Source of the DNA: Polyangiales bacterium | GTDB taxonomy: Bacteria > Myxococcota_A > Polyangia > Polyangiales > Houyiibacteriaceae | Assembly (NCBI GenBank): GCA_045106895.1 | Contig: JBGCFM010000069.1 | Location: 25,930 to 89,929 of the forward strand | DNA length: 64,000 bases | Direction: 5' to 3' | In this document: piece after piece, positions 28,564-39,312 of the stretch | Position numbering within the stretch: position 1 is the stretch's first letter | Layout: each line of letters starts with the position of its first letter | Translations under genes and position numbers: made by a program | Notes under the pieces: generated by a model | The model's database searches: none | The model's input: the letters and a program-made list of their open reading frames with translations, nothing else | Told to the model about the DNA's origin: nothing

Positions 28564-31500
28564 TCAGTCGTCGGTTGGAAGCGGCGGCGGAAGCGAGACG
28601 CGACCTGGAGGTGGAGGCGGCGCAGAAGGCCTCGGCGGAGGCGCCGATGGCCGTGGCGGGGCAGACGCCCTTCCGGGGATCGGGGGGGCGGACGACGGCG
28701 GTGGCGGTGGCGGTGCCGACACGCGTGGCGGGTCCACCTCAAGATCGTCGAGACTCAGCTCGCTGACGCTCAGCTCGTCGAGCCCCTCGTCCACGTCGAG
28801 CTCGCTCACGCTAAGCTCGTCTACGCCGAAATCGTCCATGTCCTGGAGCTCGCCGAGGCTCAGCTCGTCGACGAATTCGTCGCTGCCGCTCCCAGCGAAG
28901 TCGTCGAACTCTTGGCTGGCGAGCATAGGCGCGTCTTCCGCGGACTCGGGCTCGAGGGCCGCCTCTTGGGTTTCCGCCAGAACCGCATCGTTGCTCGGGG
29001 GAGGGCCAAACTCGACGAAGGGTGAATCCTCATCCATCGAGCGGGTCTCTTCGTCGCCAAAGCTCATCGGCTGCCGTGAGAGCTCCTCTGGGATAGCCAA
29101 CGTCTCGAACACGGCGTCGTTCGGCGCCTCCAACTCCGACGTGTGTTCGTTCGTGACGTCCTGGAACTCGTCCGCGCTGTCGAGTTCTTCGATCTCGCTG
29201 GCGTCCGCGTCGTCCGCGTCTGCGTCCGCATCGACCTCATCCAGCTCATCGAGGACTTCCTCGTCGACCACTTCGGTGTTCGCATCGAGGAGGCTGCCGA
29301 ACTGGCTCGCGACATCCGCATCTTCGACGTCGCTCGCGGATGCCTCTGGCTTCGCTGGCGCCTCTGGCTTCGCCGGACTCTCTGCCCCCGCGAGCTTGCT
29401 GAGGTTGGCCCCTTCCGGAAGCATGATCTCACTCGTGTCGATGTGCTTCTTGTTCTGTTGAAGCGCAGCGATGGACTTCGTGGCCTCTTCGTTCTTGCTG
29501 TCCGCCCGCAGGACGCGCTTCCAGGCGTCGATGGCCTCGTAGCGGTTGTCGAGGTCGTTCTGCCAAACGAGGGCGGTCTCGCGCAAAAGCGGAAGACGCT
29601 CTTCTGGAGTCTTGGCTTTGGAGATCTCTCGCTTGAGCGCGACGAGCAGGTTCTGGCTATTGCCGTCGCGCCGCAGCGCCGCCAGATATCGCAGCACGAC
29701 GTCGGGCGTTCGCTCGACGGTCAGGACTCGACGGTACGCTTCCGCAGCCCCGGCGGCGTCGTTGAGCACGGTGTCGAGGAGCTCTGCTTGACGAACGCCA
29801 ATTTCAGCGACGGCCTTGGAGTCGATGGTCTCGTCGATGAGATGGCGGTAGTGCGCTTCGACTTCGCGTTCGCGGGAATAGCGTTTCGCATGCGCATCGA
29901 GGGCGTCGAGGGTGCTTGGGACGCTAGCCACAGCCGTGGCTTTCTTCAGCAGGTCGAATGCGGCGTTCGAATCGCCGAGCCGCTCTTCCTGAAGCCGCGC
30001 GGCACGACGCAGGAGCTCTCCGCCCGGGATAGGGTCGTCTTCCGCGTCGTCCCCCAGTAAGGTGTAGAGCTCCGCCAGCGTGCGAATTGCGTTCCTGACG
30101 CCGCTCGCATCGAGGTCCGAGACGTGCTCTTCGATGCGGGTCTGAAGTTCCGGCGTGCGAAGGGAAAGTACGACCCCTTGAGCGAGGTACTGCGTGGCCC
30201 GCTCGGTGTCTTTGAGTCCACGAAAACAAAGGTCGGCGGCGCGGAGGATGGCGTCGACTCGCGCCTCGTCGGTGGAAGCCTTGGACTTACGTGTGTCGTA
30301 GACGTGAAGCAGCTCGTCCGCGCGCCCAAGCGCCGGCGCCATCTGCTCGGCTCGTTCCATCAACGACATGTCGTCCGGGGATAGCGAGGCTGCGCGGAGC
30401 ACCCGGTCAAACGCGTCACTCGGAAGCGACGCGTTGTTTTCAAGGATACTCGCGTGGCGAAGCAGGAGCGAAACCTTCGCCTCCGTGGACGTCACGGTTC
30501 CCAGTACTCGATCGTAGACCTGCGCGAGCCGCGGCCATGCCTTCGACGTAATGGCGAGGCGGTCGACCTCCGCTAGGACCTCAAGGTCCGAGAGGTCCAG
30601 CGCGTATGAACGCAGCATCGCCTCGAGGGCGTTTGCCGTTTCGTTCAGGCGTTCGTAGGTCCGCGCAGCGTCTCGCCACCGGCGGGCTGCTTCAATTTGG
30701 CTTAGCGCGGAGTTGGCTTTTCGCGTGTACACATCGACAAGGGCGCGCTCTTCTCCGGCGCCTTCCGCCAGGCGAGCGAGCTGCGCATCGGCCTCGAGGT
30801 CGAAATCGATGCGGGGTTCAAGTCTCGCCCATGCGCCGCTGGCATCGCCAAGCTCCGAAGCGGCTATCGCCGCTGCCCGCCGAATTAGCTCCCCTTGCGT
30901 TTCGTCGTCGGGTTCGAGGTTCGCGAGTCCGTCGAGCGCGGCGACCAGTTCTTCATGCCGATTAGCCTGCGTGAGCAGCCCAACAAGTCGCTCCCGGCAA
31001 ACGTAGTCGGTCTCATCACAGGCCTGCCACGCATAAAGCGCGTCGATGGCCGCCTCGGTTTTGTTGAGCTTGTGTTCGTAGATGTCGGACAGCCGCTTCG
31101 TGAGCGGTAGACGCATGCCACTATCTTCGAAGAGCGCGAGTTTGCGTTCGAGGGCGTTTGCGAGCCCCTCTGTGTCGTCGGCACGTTCGCAAAGCGTTTG
31201 AAGCAGGTTCATGGAGGGCAGATGAGCGCCGTCGACGGTGTCGAGGAGGCGGCGGAGTTGGAGCGTCGCGTCCTCGCCGCGTCCAAGGCGTTCGAGCACC
31301 TCTGCGCGTTCGAAAAGAACGTCGCGCTGCTCTTCTCCGGCTTCCAGCACTGTGCCAAGTCGGTTGAGCAACGCTTCGAGTTCCGGGTCCGAGTCGCGAA
31401 GGCGCGCGTTGATGACGAGTGCCCCAAGTGCCTCGGCGTCTTCGCCTCCCTCGAGGACTCGTTGCCACGATTCGATCGCCTGCGTCGTGTCCTTGAGTTC

Positions 31501-33822
31501 GTCACCCAATACGCGGGCGATACGGCGATGGAGTTCACGGGCAGCGCTTGGCTCTTCTTTGTCGGCGCGGGCCTGGAGCACTCCCACCAGCTCAGTGAAA
31601 CGAGACCCCTGTTCGTAGACACCGCACAATGAGTCGAGGACATCTCCCCGAGACGGGTCTAGATCGAGCGCCGTCGCGTACGCCGTGCTGCTTCGCTCTA
31701 GATCTCCGTGTTCGCGCGCGACGGCACCCAGGCGAACTTGGGCATCGACCTTGGCATCGCCGAGGACAACCTCGGCGCGGTACATGAGCGTCTCGATGAG
31801 GCGTGGTCGGTTGGCGTTGCGTTCGTCCACTCGCTCCATGGCGTCGAGGGCCGCGAGATGCGCAGGGGCGTCCCGCAATAAGCGCCGCCCCGTCTCGAAC
31901 GTCTGCGGGTCATCGCCGAGTCGGTTTTCGTAGGTGTCGAGGAGCCGCTCGAGGAGAGCGATGCGGTCACCGGCGGTGGGGGCCTCGTGGACGCGACCTT
32001 CGAGGAGGCGAGCTCCTTCAGCAACGCCGTCTTCCGTTTGAAGAAGCGCGTCGCTCAGGTCGGCGACCGCCATTGGGTCGCCGGCGTGAAGTTGCAGGAT
32101 CGCGCGTAGCGCCACGATGGCTCGTGGAGGGTCATGGCGCTGCTCGCGATGCAGCGTGGCCAGCTCACGAAGCGCGGCGATCTTCTCGTCCGGATCAACA
32201 AGGGTGAGCGCTTGCTCGTCGAGGTGGCTCGCCAGTTCGTCCCATCGTTCTGCTTCGCGCAGCAGTCGCGTGATGGCTTGGGGGGCTTCGAGGTCCGCAG
32301 GATCCAAGCTGCCGATGGCGCGGTATGCGTCGATGGCTCCGGCGGTGTCGCGAAGGTGCGTCTCACTTACCTGCGCTGCTTCCCGCAGACGCGCGACGCG
32401 TTCCGGGGCACTGAGGCCGGGGCGACGAGACGCGCTGACCATGAGGTCGCGGAGTGCTGGCCAGTCGTCGACCTGCCGGTAGTGTGCTTCGAGCACTCGG
32501 AGGGCGTCGCTGTGATCGGGATCCGCCTCAAGAATCTGCCGCGCGCACTCGGCGGCTTCTTCGTTGCGGCCGGCGCCCTGAAGCTCAGTCATGACCTCCA
32601 GCAAACGTGTCGCACGTTCGCCTGGTGGTCTTAGGCTCGCTGAAACCTGAAGAGCACGCAGCGCGTCGGAGTTTCGCCCCTCCCGTCGGTAGAGGTCGAC
32701 GAGCGCGTCGGCGACCTCTGCGTCGCCGTTTGTGAGCAGGGGTTCAAGGCATGTGATGGCGTCCGGCGTTTGTCCGGCGGCTGCGTATGCAAACCCTAGG
32801 TCTCGGCGACGGCGGTCCGAGGCGCTGCCATTTGGGACAGCCTGGAGAAACCCCACCCAGCGAACGGGCAGGAGGTCGTTTCGGTTCTGTTCGCCAGCGA
32901 GGTGCTCGAGAAGGGAGAGAGCGCCTTCATGGCCAGGGACGGCGTCGAGAGCCGAGCCACAGTAAGCGATGGCGTGATCCGGGGGAACGTCTCGGGCCAT
33001 CGAAACGAGCAGATCCGCTGCCTTGCTGCGGTCCGTGGCCGCAACGTCTGGATCGGAGACGATTCCGGCTCGATGAAAAAGCACCGTGGACAGCTCATGC
33101 ATGACGGCGAGGTCCGAGGGGACTTCGCGGCGTGCACGCTCGAGTGCCTCGATTGCGCCAGCGTGGTCGCCGAGCTCTTTGCCTCGAAGGTGAGCGAGTT
33201 CCCGGAGCAGCTGGACCTTACGCGCTGGTTCCGGCTCGGAGTTTGTCTCCAGCTCAAGGAGCTGCGACGCGGCTTTGTGATTGCCCGCGGAGTTGTAGAT
33301 CTCGCGTGCCGCGTAGATGGCTGCGATGAGTGAGGGGTCGGCCTCGAATGCTTTGCGGTAGTGGGCGATGGCTTTGTCGGGCCGTCCGTATTGGCGCTCG
33401 TAGAGCTGGCCGATTCGGTGCTCCGTGTCGGCGAGTCCGCGTTGGTCTCGCGCCTCCACTTGGATGGCGCCGCGTCGTCGAAGCGCTTCGAGGATCCTGC
33501 CGGGATCACCGGTGGTCTCCGCTAGCTGGAGTAAACGGTTGAGGACTTCTTGGTTACGAGGATCGCGGGCGGCCGCTTGCTCGTAGAGTTTGGTCGCGCG
33601 AATCGTGTCCCTCAGCTGCGTCGCCGCGAGCTCACCGGCTTCCATGTACGAACGAGCTGCTGCGCTCGCATCTCCGAGGCGCCCCGCCCACCCCTCCACG
33701 AGGTTTGCCATGGACGGATAGTCCCCAAGGCGCGCGTAGTGATCTCGCAGCGCTTTGTACGCGGCTCGGTCATCTGGGTTTCGCCGTAAACTGGCGATCA
33801 GTTCGGCGGCCCGTGGGTCCAT
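28564..33822 (-). CDS. Giant TPR-repeat protein with acidic and Pro-rich C-terminal tail
   Basis: 1752-aa ORF of continuous helical TPR-like repeats (e.g. AIAHYRKAFEADP, AIDAWKRVLRAD); DE-rich region and SAPPP repeats at the end. Confidence 0.85.
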   Translation of the reverse strand: MDPRAAELIASLRRNPDDRAAYKALRDHYARLGDYPSMANLVEGWAGRLGDASAAARSYMEAGELAATQLRDTIRATKLYEQAAARDPRNQEVLNRLLQLAETTGDPGRILEALRRRGAIQVEARDQRGLADTEHRIGQLYERQYGRPDKAIAHYRKAFEADPSLIAAIYAAREIYNSAGNHKAASQLLELETNSEPEPARKVQLLRELAHLRGKELGDHAGAIEALERARREVPSDLAVMHELSTVLFHRAGIVSDPDVAATDRSKAADLLVSMARDVPPDHAIAYCGSALDAVPGHEGALSLLEHLAGEQNRNDLLPVRWVGFLQAVPNGSASDRRRRDLGFAYAAAGQTPDAITCLEPLLTNGDAEVADALVDLYRREGRNSDALRALQVSASLRPPGERATRLLEVMTELQGAGRNEEAAECARQILEADPDHSDALRVLEAHYRQVDDWPALRDLMVSASRRPGLSAPERVARLREAAQVSETHLRDTAGAIDAYRAIGSLDPADLEAPQAITRLLREAERWDELASHLDEQALTLVDPDEKIAALRELATLHREQRHDPPRAIVALRAILQLHAGDPMAVADLSDALLQTEDGVAEGARLLEGRVHEAPTAGDRIALLERLLDTYENRLGDDPQTFETGRRLLRDAPAHLAALDAMERVDERNANRPRLIETLMYRAEVVLGDAKVDAQVRLGAVAREHGDLERSSTAYATALDLDPSRGDVLDSLCGVYEQGSRFTELVGVLQARADKEEPSAARELHRRIARVLGDELKDTTQAIESWQRVLEGGEDAEALGALVINARLRDSDPELEALLNRLGTVLEAGEEQRDVLFERAEVLERLGRGEDATLQLRRLLDTVDGAHLPSMNLLQTLCERADDTEGLANALERKLALFEDSGMRLPLTKRLSDIYEHKLNKTEAAIDALYAWQACDETDYVCRERLVGLLTQANRHEELVAALDGLANLEPDDETQGELIRRAAAIAASELGDASGAWARLEPRIDFDLEADAQLARLAEGAGEERALVDVYTRKANSALSQIEAARRWRDAARTYERLNETANALEAMLRSYALDLSDLEVLAEVDRLAITSKAWPRLAQVYDRVLGTVTSTEAKVSLLLRHASILENNASLPSDAFDRVLRAASLSPDDMSLMERAEQMAPALGRADELLHVYDTRKSKASTDEARVDAILRAADLCFRGLKDTERATQYLAQGVVLSLRTPELQTRIEEHVSDLDASGVRNAIRTLAELYTLLGDDAEDDPIPGGELLRRAARLQEERLGDSNAAFDLLKKATAVASVPSTLDALDAHAKRYSREREVEAHYRHLIDETIDSKAVAEIGVRQAELLDTVLNDAAGAAEAYRRVLTVERTPDVVLRYLAALRRDGNSQNLLVALKREISKAKTPEERLPLLRETALVWQNDLDNRYEAIDAWKRVLRADSKNEEATKSIAALQQNKKHIDTSEIMLPEGANLSKLAGAESPAKPEAPAKPEASASDVEDADVASQFGSLLDANTEVVDEEVLDELDEVDADADADDADASEIEELDSADEFQDVTNEHTSELEAPNDAVFETLAIPEELSRQPMSFGDEETRSMDEDSPFVEFGPPPSNDAVLAETQEAALEPESAEDAPMLASQEFDDFAGSGSDEFVDELSLGELQDMDDFGVDELSVSELDVDEGLDELSVSELSLDDLEVDPPRVSAPPPPPPSSAPPIPGRASAPPRPSAPPPRPSAPPPPPGRVSLPPPLPTDD

Positions 33823-33900
33823 AAGGTGACGACGCTATCACGCTAGGTGTGCGCTCACCAAGCAAGCTGTCTGTTCACGGCGAAGGCCCAAGCCGGAGGC

Positions 33901-34479
33901 TTAGGGGTCGAGGCGTTGCCCACGCCATCGCTGTTGGACCCGCCGGTAGATAAAGCGCTCATGAAGTCGAGCGTCGCGGTCAAACCACAGCTCGATGGTC
34001 GAGGGACGCAGTCGAAAACCGCCCCAATCGGCGGGACGGGGAACGTCTCCCGGAAAGCGTTCGGAAGCAGCCTGAATCCGTTCATCCAAGGGGGTCAGAA
34101 CAGCATGACTCTGCCGCGACGCCCAGGCGCCAAGCTGGCTCAGGCGGTCGCGTGAGGCAAAGTATGCATCGCTTTCCGCCGGGGACACCTTGGACACCAA
34201 GCCACGAGCCCGGAGCTGCACGCCGGTTTCCCACCAATGAAAAGCGAGGCTCGACTTTGGTGAACGACCCAGCTGACGCGCTTTGACGGACTCGTAGTTG
34301 GTATAAAATACGAACCCAAGAGCATCGAAGCCCTTGAGGAGCACATAACGCACGTCGGGCCCATCACGGTCTTCCGTCGCTAAGGCGACGCGTGACCAAG
34401 TCTCGGGACACGCGGACGCGGCATCGTCGAGGGCCGTCTGTACGCGGCGAACCAGCTCCTCATGGGTGATCGTGTCCAT
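33901..34479 (-). CDS. pdxH: Pyridoxamine 5'-phosphate oxidase
   Basis: RYVLLKG, FVFYTNYESVK, SDAYFASR..SQLGAWASRQS, PRPADWGGF, RLHER, RLDP. Confidence 0.92.
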   Translation of the reverse strand: MDTITHEELVRRVQTALDDAASACPETWSRVALATEDRDGPDVRYVLLKGFDALGFVFYTNYESVKARQLGRSPKSSLAFHWWETGVQLRARGLVSKVSPAESDAYFASRDRLSQLGAWASRQSHAVLTPLDERIQAASERFPGDVPRPADWGGFRLRPSTIELWFDRDARLHERFIYRRVQQRWRGQRLDP

Positions 34480-34493
34480 GGATAGTTCGTGGG

Positions 34494-34922
34494 CTATGCG
34501 CCGACATACTTTTCGAGTTCGAGCACCCATCGGAGTTCCTCGATGAGCGCGGACTCCTCACAAGACATCTCAAACACGATCTCGTGCCAAACATCGAGTA
34601 TTCGGTCGTCGTCCGACGGGTCCTTGACCTCGATCACACGTCGCTCCGCTTCCGCGTAGCCGCGCGTCCGAACGGGGATTCCAACGGCCTGATGAACACG
34701 CTCAAAAAGTGCATCCGGGCTGTCGCCAGGGAAGTCCGAGCGCTGACAGCGTGCGGAGAATCGAATCACCAAGCCATCGGCCAGCTTGATGCGAACACCC
34801 GAGTCCATGATGTGGAGGCGGATCCGTTCGGCGATCTCGATCTCCTCGGCGTGAGCCTGGTAGACCTCTAGCCCGGCCTCTTCGACCAAGCTGCGAATTT
34901 TATGGATATCCAGCGTTGTCAC
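34494..34922 (-). CDS. Hypothetical protein (start uncertain)
   Basis: Open frame co-oriented with pdxH, globular-looking sequence (IAERIRLHIMDSGV...LDVWHEI). Confidence 0.6.
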   Translation of the reverse strand: MTTLDIHKIRSLVEEAGLEVYQAHAEEIEIAERIRLHIMDSGVRIKLADGLVIRFSARCQRSDFPGDSPDALFERVHQAVGIPVRTRGYAEAERRVIEVKDPSDDDRILDVWHEIVFEMSCEESALIEELRWVLELEKYVGA

Positions 34923-35033
34923 TTTTTGTTGAACCGGCCCCCCCAGTTCCTGGCCTAGGCTACAATGCTCTTTGCGCGACAGCAAACGAAGAGGGCCTAA
35001 ACTGAGCGTAATTTCGACCGTTTGGTTTTTGTC

Positions 35034-35453
35034 ATGAGCGTTCCGCGCAGAAATCCCTCACAAGACGATGCCTGGTTTGAAGATGCCTGCGACGAGCCTT
35101 CGTCCGTGCTCCGGGCGGTGCCTGCCGAAGACGGGGCTGGAGACACCGCCCTTCATCATGGCGCCCGACGGGAGCACCAGCGTTGGGTGCTCGACGCTGA
35201 CGTCCATATAGACGGTGGTGTCTCACGCGGTGTCACGCTGAATGCGAGTACCGGAGGACTACGCGTCGCGATGAGCCGAGCGCTCACCGCGGGTGCATAC
35301 GTGGATGTGGCCGTGGTGCGTGGACCCGTCGCGTTACTCTCAAGAGTGTGCGTGGTCTGGACCCGCCCATCGGGAGGTGCCTGGCTGTCCGGGCTGAAGT
35401 TCGCTCAACCCGATCCCCGCTTCAGAAACGCCCACGCTCTCGCGCAGGCGTAA
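35034..35453 (+). CDS. PilZ-domain protein
   Basis: RREHQR (RxxxR) and NASTGG (D/NxSxxG) c-di-GMP motifs; VVW...GLKF. Confidence 0.75.
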   Translation: MSVPRRNPSQDDAWFEDACDEPSSVLRAVPAEDGAGDTALHHGARREHQRWVLDADVHIDGGVSRGVTLNASTGGLRVAMSRALTAGAYVDVAVVRGPVALLSRVCVVWTRPSGGAWLSGLKFAQPDPRFRNAHALAQA

Positions 35454-35468
35454 CTGAAAGCGTTCAGT

Positions 35469-38400
35469 CTAGAGGCAGTGTTCGCCTAGACCGTCAAAGG
35501 TGTTCTGGGGGAAGGTGTCGTATTCGAGGGATGGGTCGAATGCGTCGCTTGGGTCCGTGTCGGCGCCAGCCACATCGCACCGACGTCGAAGCGACTGGTC
35601 TCGGCTGCTGACTCCGCCGCCCGTCCAAGCTTCGAAACCGTCGGGCTGTGGACCGATCTGCCCGAAGCTATCGACGACCATGCCGTCACACTCGATGACG
35701 TAGGGATCGTTTCCGTTGTGGTTGATGACGGTGTCTCGGATGTCGCAAACCGCGTCCGGAACGTCCGCCGAAGGATTGCAGATGACGAGCGTGTCGCCCA
35801 TGCCGAGGGTGCCGGTCAGCTCCAACGTGCGATTGCTGCCGTCTCCATTTGTGGTGAGACGTAGAACGCAGTTGTTGGCGGCGAGGTCGATCTCCGCCGA
35901 GCCGTTGTAGAGTTCCAGGGCCTTGTTGTTCGACGAACCTTCCACGTATTCGCTAATGATGAGTCCACCGCTGAAGGGCTCTGTCACCGAAACCATCGCG
36001 ACGGCGTCGCTACCGCCGAAGGACGCCGTTATTGTTCCATCTTGAACCGTGGCGCCGGCGGTGAACGTGGCGCTCCCCACGAACTCGCCTTCGGCGATCA
36101 TGATCGCCGTGGGTCCCATGTCGATGAGGTCTGCAGGGACGATCGCGACGGGCACCATCATTCCGCCGACAGGAGCCGCCGTCGGCACACTCACGGTGAG
36201 CTCGAAGGTGCTTCCCTGGACGGCGCGAACGCTGTTCGGTCCGATTCGAAGCGCTGCGTACACGAGGTCGCCGGCGCCGCGAGGAACGATGCGCGTGTGC
36301 TCGAAGCTGAAGTTCAGAGGTCCCTGAACGTAGACGAGCTCATCGCCGGTTCCTGGCGCCGGGCTCAAGTCGAAGAGCTGGTCGCCGACGCGAAGTCCGC
36401 CGGAGACGATGAAGGTGTCAGCGCGCGTCAGCTCACCATCGATGACGTTGACCATCTCGACGCGAACGAGCGCGCCTTCAAGGGCCTCGGCGCGTGCGCC
36501 CATGGTCTCGATTTCGGCGACCGTGACGAGGAGAGGGTCCACAACGGTGCCGCTCGAAGTCACGCTCACGCCGGTGCTGGCGATTTGGTCCTGACCGAAG
36601 AAGTCGGATACGGCGCCGTCGACAGCCACGTTGTCGCCAAGCGCCACCGTTGGGGCGCCGCCGGTGAAGACGAAGATGCCGCTGAAGTCGATGGCGACGT
36701 AGTCGTCGCTGTCCACGTCGAGCTGAGCGTAGAAACCGTTGCTTGCGATACCCGTCACGACGAGCTCGGAGACACGAACCGTCGCGCCCTCGCCGAAGGT
36801 TCCATCACGGACTTCGTAGACCGTCGCGGGACAAGCGGTGCCGCCTGGGTTCGCGCGTGCTGGACACGCGTCACAGGCATCTCCCTGGCCGTCCATGTCC
36901 ATGTCTTCCTGGTCCGTGTTGAACTCGGAAGGACAGTTGTCCATGTCGTTGGGGATCGTGTCGTTATCGCGGTCGTTCGGGTCCACGGCGTTACACGTCG
37001 CCGGGTCCTCGTCGCCGCCGAGGGGGCATGCGTCGCAAGCGTCGCCAAAGCCGTCGGCGTCGAAGTCTGCCTGCATGTTGTTGTCGAGCGGCCGGATAGG
37101 ATTGAACACTGCGGCGCAGTTGTCGTCGGCGTCGACGATGCCGTCTCCGTCCATGTCGTCTGCCATGCTCATGCCGCTGTAGCGGTTGGAGCCGTTGACT
37201 TCAGCGGCCGGTGAGTCGCCGACACGTGCAGGAACGCAGCTTGGTTCGTTCTCTGGGGCGTTACACGCGAAGAGTGGGTAGGCGCCGCCGTTGGCTGCGC
37301 TGAGCGCTGCGAAGGAGCTGCCGATGTCTGCCATCAAACAGACCGACTTGGAGGCACCGCAAACATCGACTCCGTCACATCCGGTGGAGAGAACGTTGAC
37401 GATGGCTTCGTCTCCGTAGAGAACGTCGCCGCCGCGCATGACGAGAGCGACGTCGCCTTCGTCAGCCATGAGCACTGCTCGGTAATCGGCGTGTTCGCTG
37501 GCATCGTAGATAGCGAGGTCTGCTTGGTAGCCGACGGCGAGGGTGCCGAGCTGGGTTTCAACGCCCATAGCGAGAGCGCCGTTGGCCGTGGCCATGAGCC
37601 AAAGCTGGTCGTCGGGGAAGAAGCCGTCGAGGTAGTTCTGGTTGAAGCTGTCGACACAAGCGAGCTCACGACCCATGTGCATCGATCCGCTGTCGAGCCA
37701 GTCGGTGCCAAGAGCGATGGTGACGCCCTGTCGTGCGTACTCCGTGACGCGTGCGGTGTCGCCGTAGAGCGTGATGTTCGTACGTGCGGACCAAATGAGC
37801 TTGGTGCCGTCGACGGCCATGACGTTGATGTCGCTCGCCGTAAGACCGGTGCCGTGAATGAACGCGCTTGCTGGCTGCACGAGGTCGCGGTCGCCGTCCA
37901 TGCTGACGCAGCGGAACTCGTTGCGCGCGGCTTCGTCGATGCCTTCGGCCACGTGCGGGGCGTAAGCGCCAGGGCCCATCGCGTCGTCAGCTCCATCGCT
38001 GTAGTCGTAGCCGCAACCTGCGGTGATCTTCTCTCCGCCGGAATCGCCGAGGGGGAAGGTCGAGTAGTCCACGGCGGGAAGAGAGAGGCCGTTTCGTCCG
38101 TTGTTGTCGAGGTTTCGAAGAAGACCAGCGGGGCCGCCACTGCCGTTGATGGACGTGGTGCCGCTCATCAGCTGACGAAGCTCAAGCCACTGCATCTCTT
38201 CTGTGCGAGCGCGACCGCCGCCGGAAGGGACGCGCGAGTGACCGTCAAGTCCACGGCGCCAGTCGTGACGATGCTCGTAGCGTTCGTCGGTTTGGTCTCC
38301 GCGCGCGCCGTAGGGCTCGCTGTTTCCAAACGTGACGTGGTCATGTCCGTTGATGAGACCCGGCGAGACGACGGCGTCAGGACAAACAAGAGTGGTCGCG

Positions 38401-38822
38401 CCGGTCGCCGCCGCTTCCCCGCTGCAGTCACAAGCGACGCAGGCGATGGTGCCGTCGGCGCCGACAAGAACTTGTCCGCCGCGGAGGACCTCGCCTGGGA
38501 GAAGCACATCCGCTGTGATCAGGCGCGCGTCGTTTCCTGCGCTCGCTTCACAGATGCCTTCGGAGATCGGCGCGACGTCCCCACACTCGGTGATCGTCAC
38601 CGGGGGAAAGAGGTCGTTGCCGGGGCCGCCATCAGGTGTGCCGCCATCGGGGGTGGGCCCGGCATCAAAGTCGGGGCCGCCATCGAAATCGGGACCGACG
38701 TCGATGCCGCCGTCCATCATGGGGCCTCCGTCGAAGGTCATGTCGTCATCGCCACAAGCGATGGCGAATGAGAGAGGCAGAGAGAGAAGATAGGGAAGGG
38801 TCCGAACTAAGGTATGTCGCAT
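35469..38822 (-). CDS. Surface lipoprotein: amidohydrolase + thrombospondin type-3 repeats + OB folds + lamin-tail domain
   Basis: Lipobox AIAC and DGG linker; [38 protein letters not shown] repeats; [39 protein letters not shown]. Confidence 0.8.
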   Translation of the reverse strand: MRHTLVRTLPYLLSLPLSFAIACGDDDMTFDGGPMMDGGIDVGPDFDGGPDFDAGPTPDGGTPDGGPGNDLFPPVTITECGDVAPISEGICEASAGNDARLITADVLLPGEVLRGGQVLVGADGTIACVACDCSGEAAATGATTLVCPDAVVSPGLINGHDHVTFGNSEPYGARGDQTDERYEHRHDWRRGLDGHSRVPSGGGRARTEEMQWLELRQLMSGTTSINGSGGPAGLLRNLDNNGRNGLSLPAVDYSTFPLGDSGGEKITAGCGYDYSDGADDAMGPGAYAPHVAEGIDEAARNEFRCVSMDGDRDLVQPASAFIHGTGLTASDINVMAVDGTKLIWSARTNITLYGDTARVTEYARQGVTIALGTDWLDSGSMHMGRELACVDSFNQNYLDGFFPDDQLWLMATANGALAMGVETQLGTLAVGYQADLAIYDASEHADYRAVLMADEGDVALVMRGGDVLYGDEAIVNVLSTGCDGVDVCGASKSVCLMADIGSSFAALSAANGGAYPLFACNAPENEPSCVPARVGDSPAAEVNGSNRYSGMSMADDMDGDGIVDADDNCAAVFNPIRPLDNNMQADFDADGFGDACDACPLGGDEDPATCNAVDPNDRDNDTIPNDMDNCPSEFNTDQEDMDMDGQGDACDACPARANPGGTACPATVYEVRDGTFGEGATVRVSELVVTGIASNGFYAQLDVDSDDYVAIDFSGIFVFTGGAPTVALGDNVAVDGAVSDFFGQDQIASTGVSVTSSGTVVDPLLVTVAEIETMGARAEALEGALVRVEMVNVIDGELTRADTFIVSGGLRVGDQLFDLSPAPGTGDELVYVQGPLNFSFEHTRIVPRGAGDLVYAALRIGPNSVRAVQGSTFELTVSVPTAAPVGGMMVPVAIVPADLIDMGPTAIMIAEGEFVGSATFTAGATVQDGTITASFGGSDAVAMVSVTEPFSGGLIISEYVEGSSNNKALELYNGSAEIDLAANNCVLRLTTNGDGSNRTLELTGTLGMGDTLVICNPSADVPDAVCDIRDTVINHNGNDPYVIECDGMVVDSFGQIGPQPDGFEAWTGGGVSSRDQSLRRRCDVAGADTDPSDAFDPSLEYDTFPQNTFDGLGEHCL

Positions 38823-38938
38823 GAAACTCCTGATCAGACCCGGGGACGGCCTGCGCTCGACAGGATGCCGAGCGAGCCGCCAAATTCAAGGCCAGAAGGA
38901 CTTCCGTTGCAGAAACGCTTCAAAGTATCGGACGAGTT

Positions 38939-39205
38939 TTAGCGACTGTCCTCGCAGCTCTTCAGAAGTTCCGGGACGAACGTGAGGCGTGGGCGGATAA
39001 GGCTTCCATGCCGAACTCCCTGTCGAATGATGAGGAACGCCATGTCGGAGGACTGGAGATGTCCCTCCACGAGGTCGGCGTCGCCAAAATCGTGAATCGT
39101 GACGTCGTCGTCTTGGGCGTGCCCCAAATTGGGGAGGCCGAATGCGGCGAGTGCGATGAGGAGAGGGATGAAGCGGGTGGGGCGAGTCTTGGTGTTGTTG
39201 GACAT
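38939..39205 (-). CDS. Small secreted protein resembling gliding-motility protein CglF/GltF
   Basis: Signal peptide (GHA-QDD); HDFGDADLVEG...SLIRPRLTFVPELLKS matches the remembered CglF-like C-terminal pattern LIRxRxxFxPExxKS. Confidence 0.6.
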   Translation of the reverse strand: MSNNTKTRPTRFIPLLIALAAFGLPNLGHAQDDDVTIHDFGDADLVEGHLQSSDMAFLIIRQGVRHGSLIRPRLTFVPELLKSCEDSR

Positions 39206-39312
39206 TGGTTGAGACCTTTCAGAGCACCATCGACGGGTGGAACCAAGAAAGGGTCTGCTCACTGCCGCAAAAAGGCCCTTTTCGGCGTCCTGCCCTATAT
39301 GATCCAGCGGCG

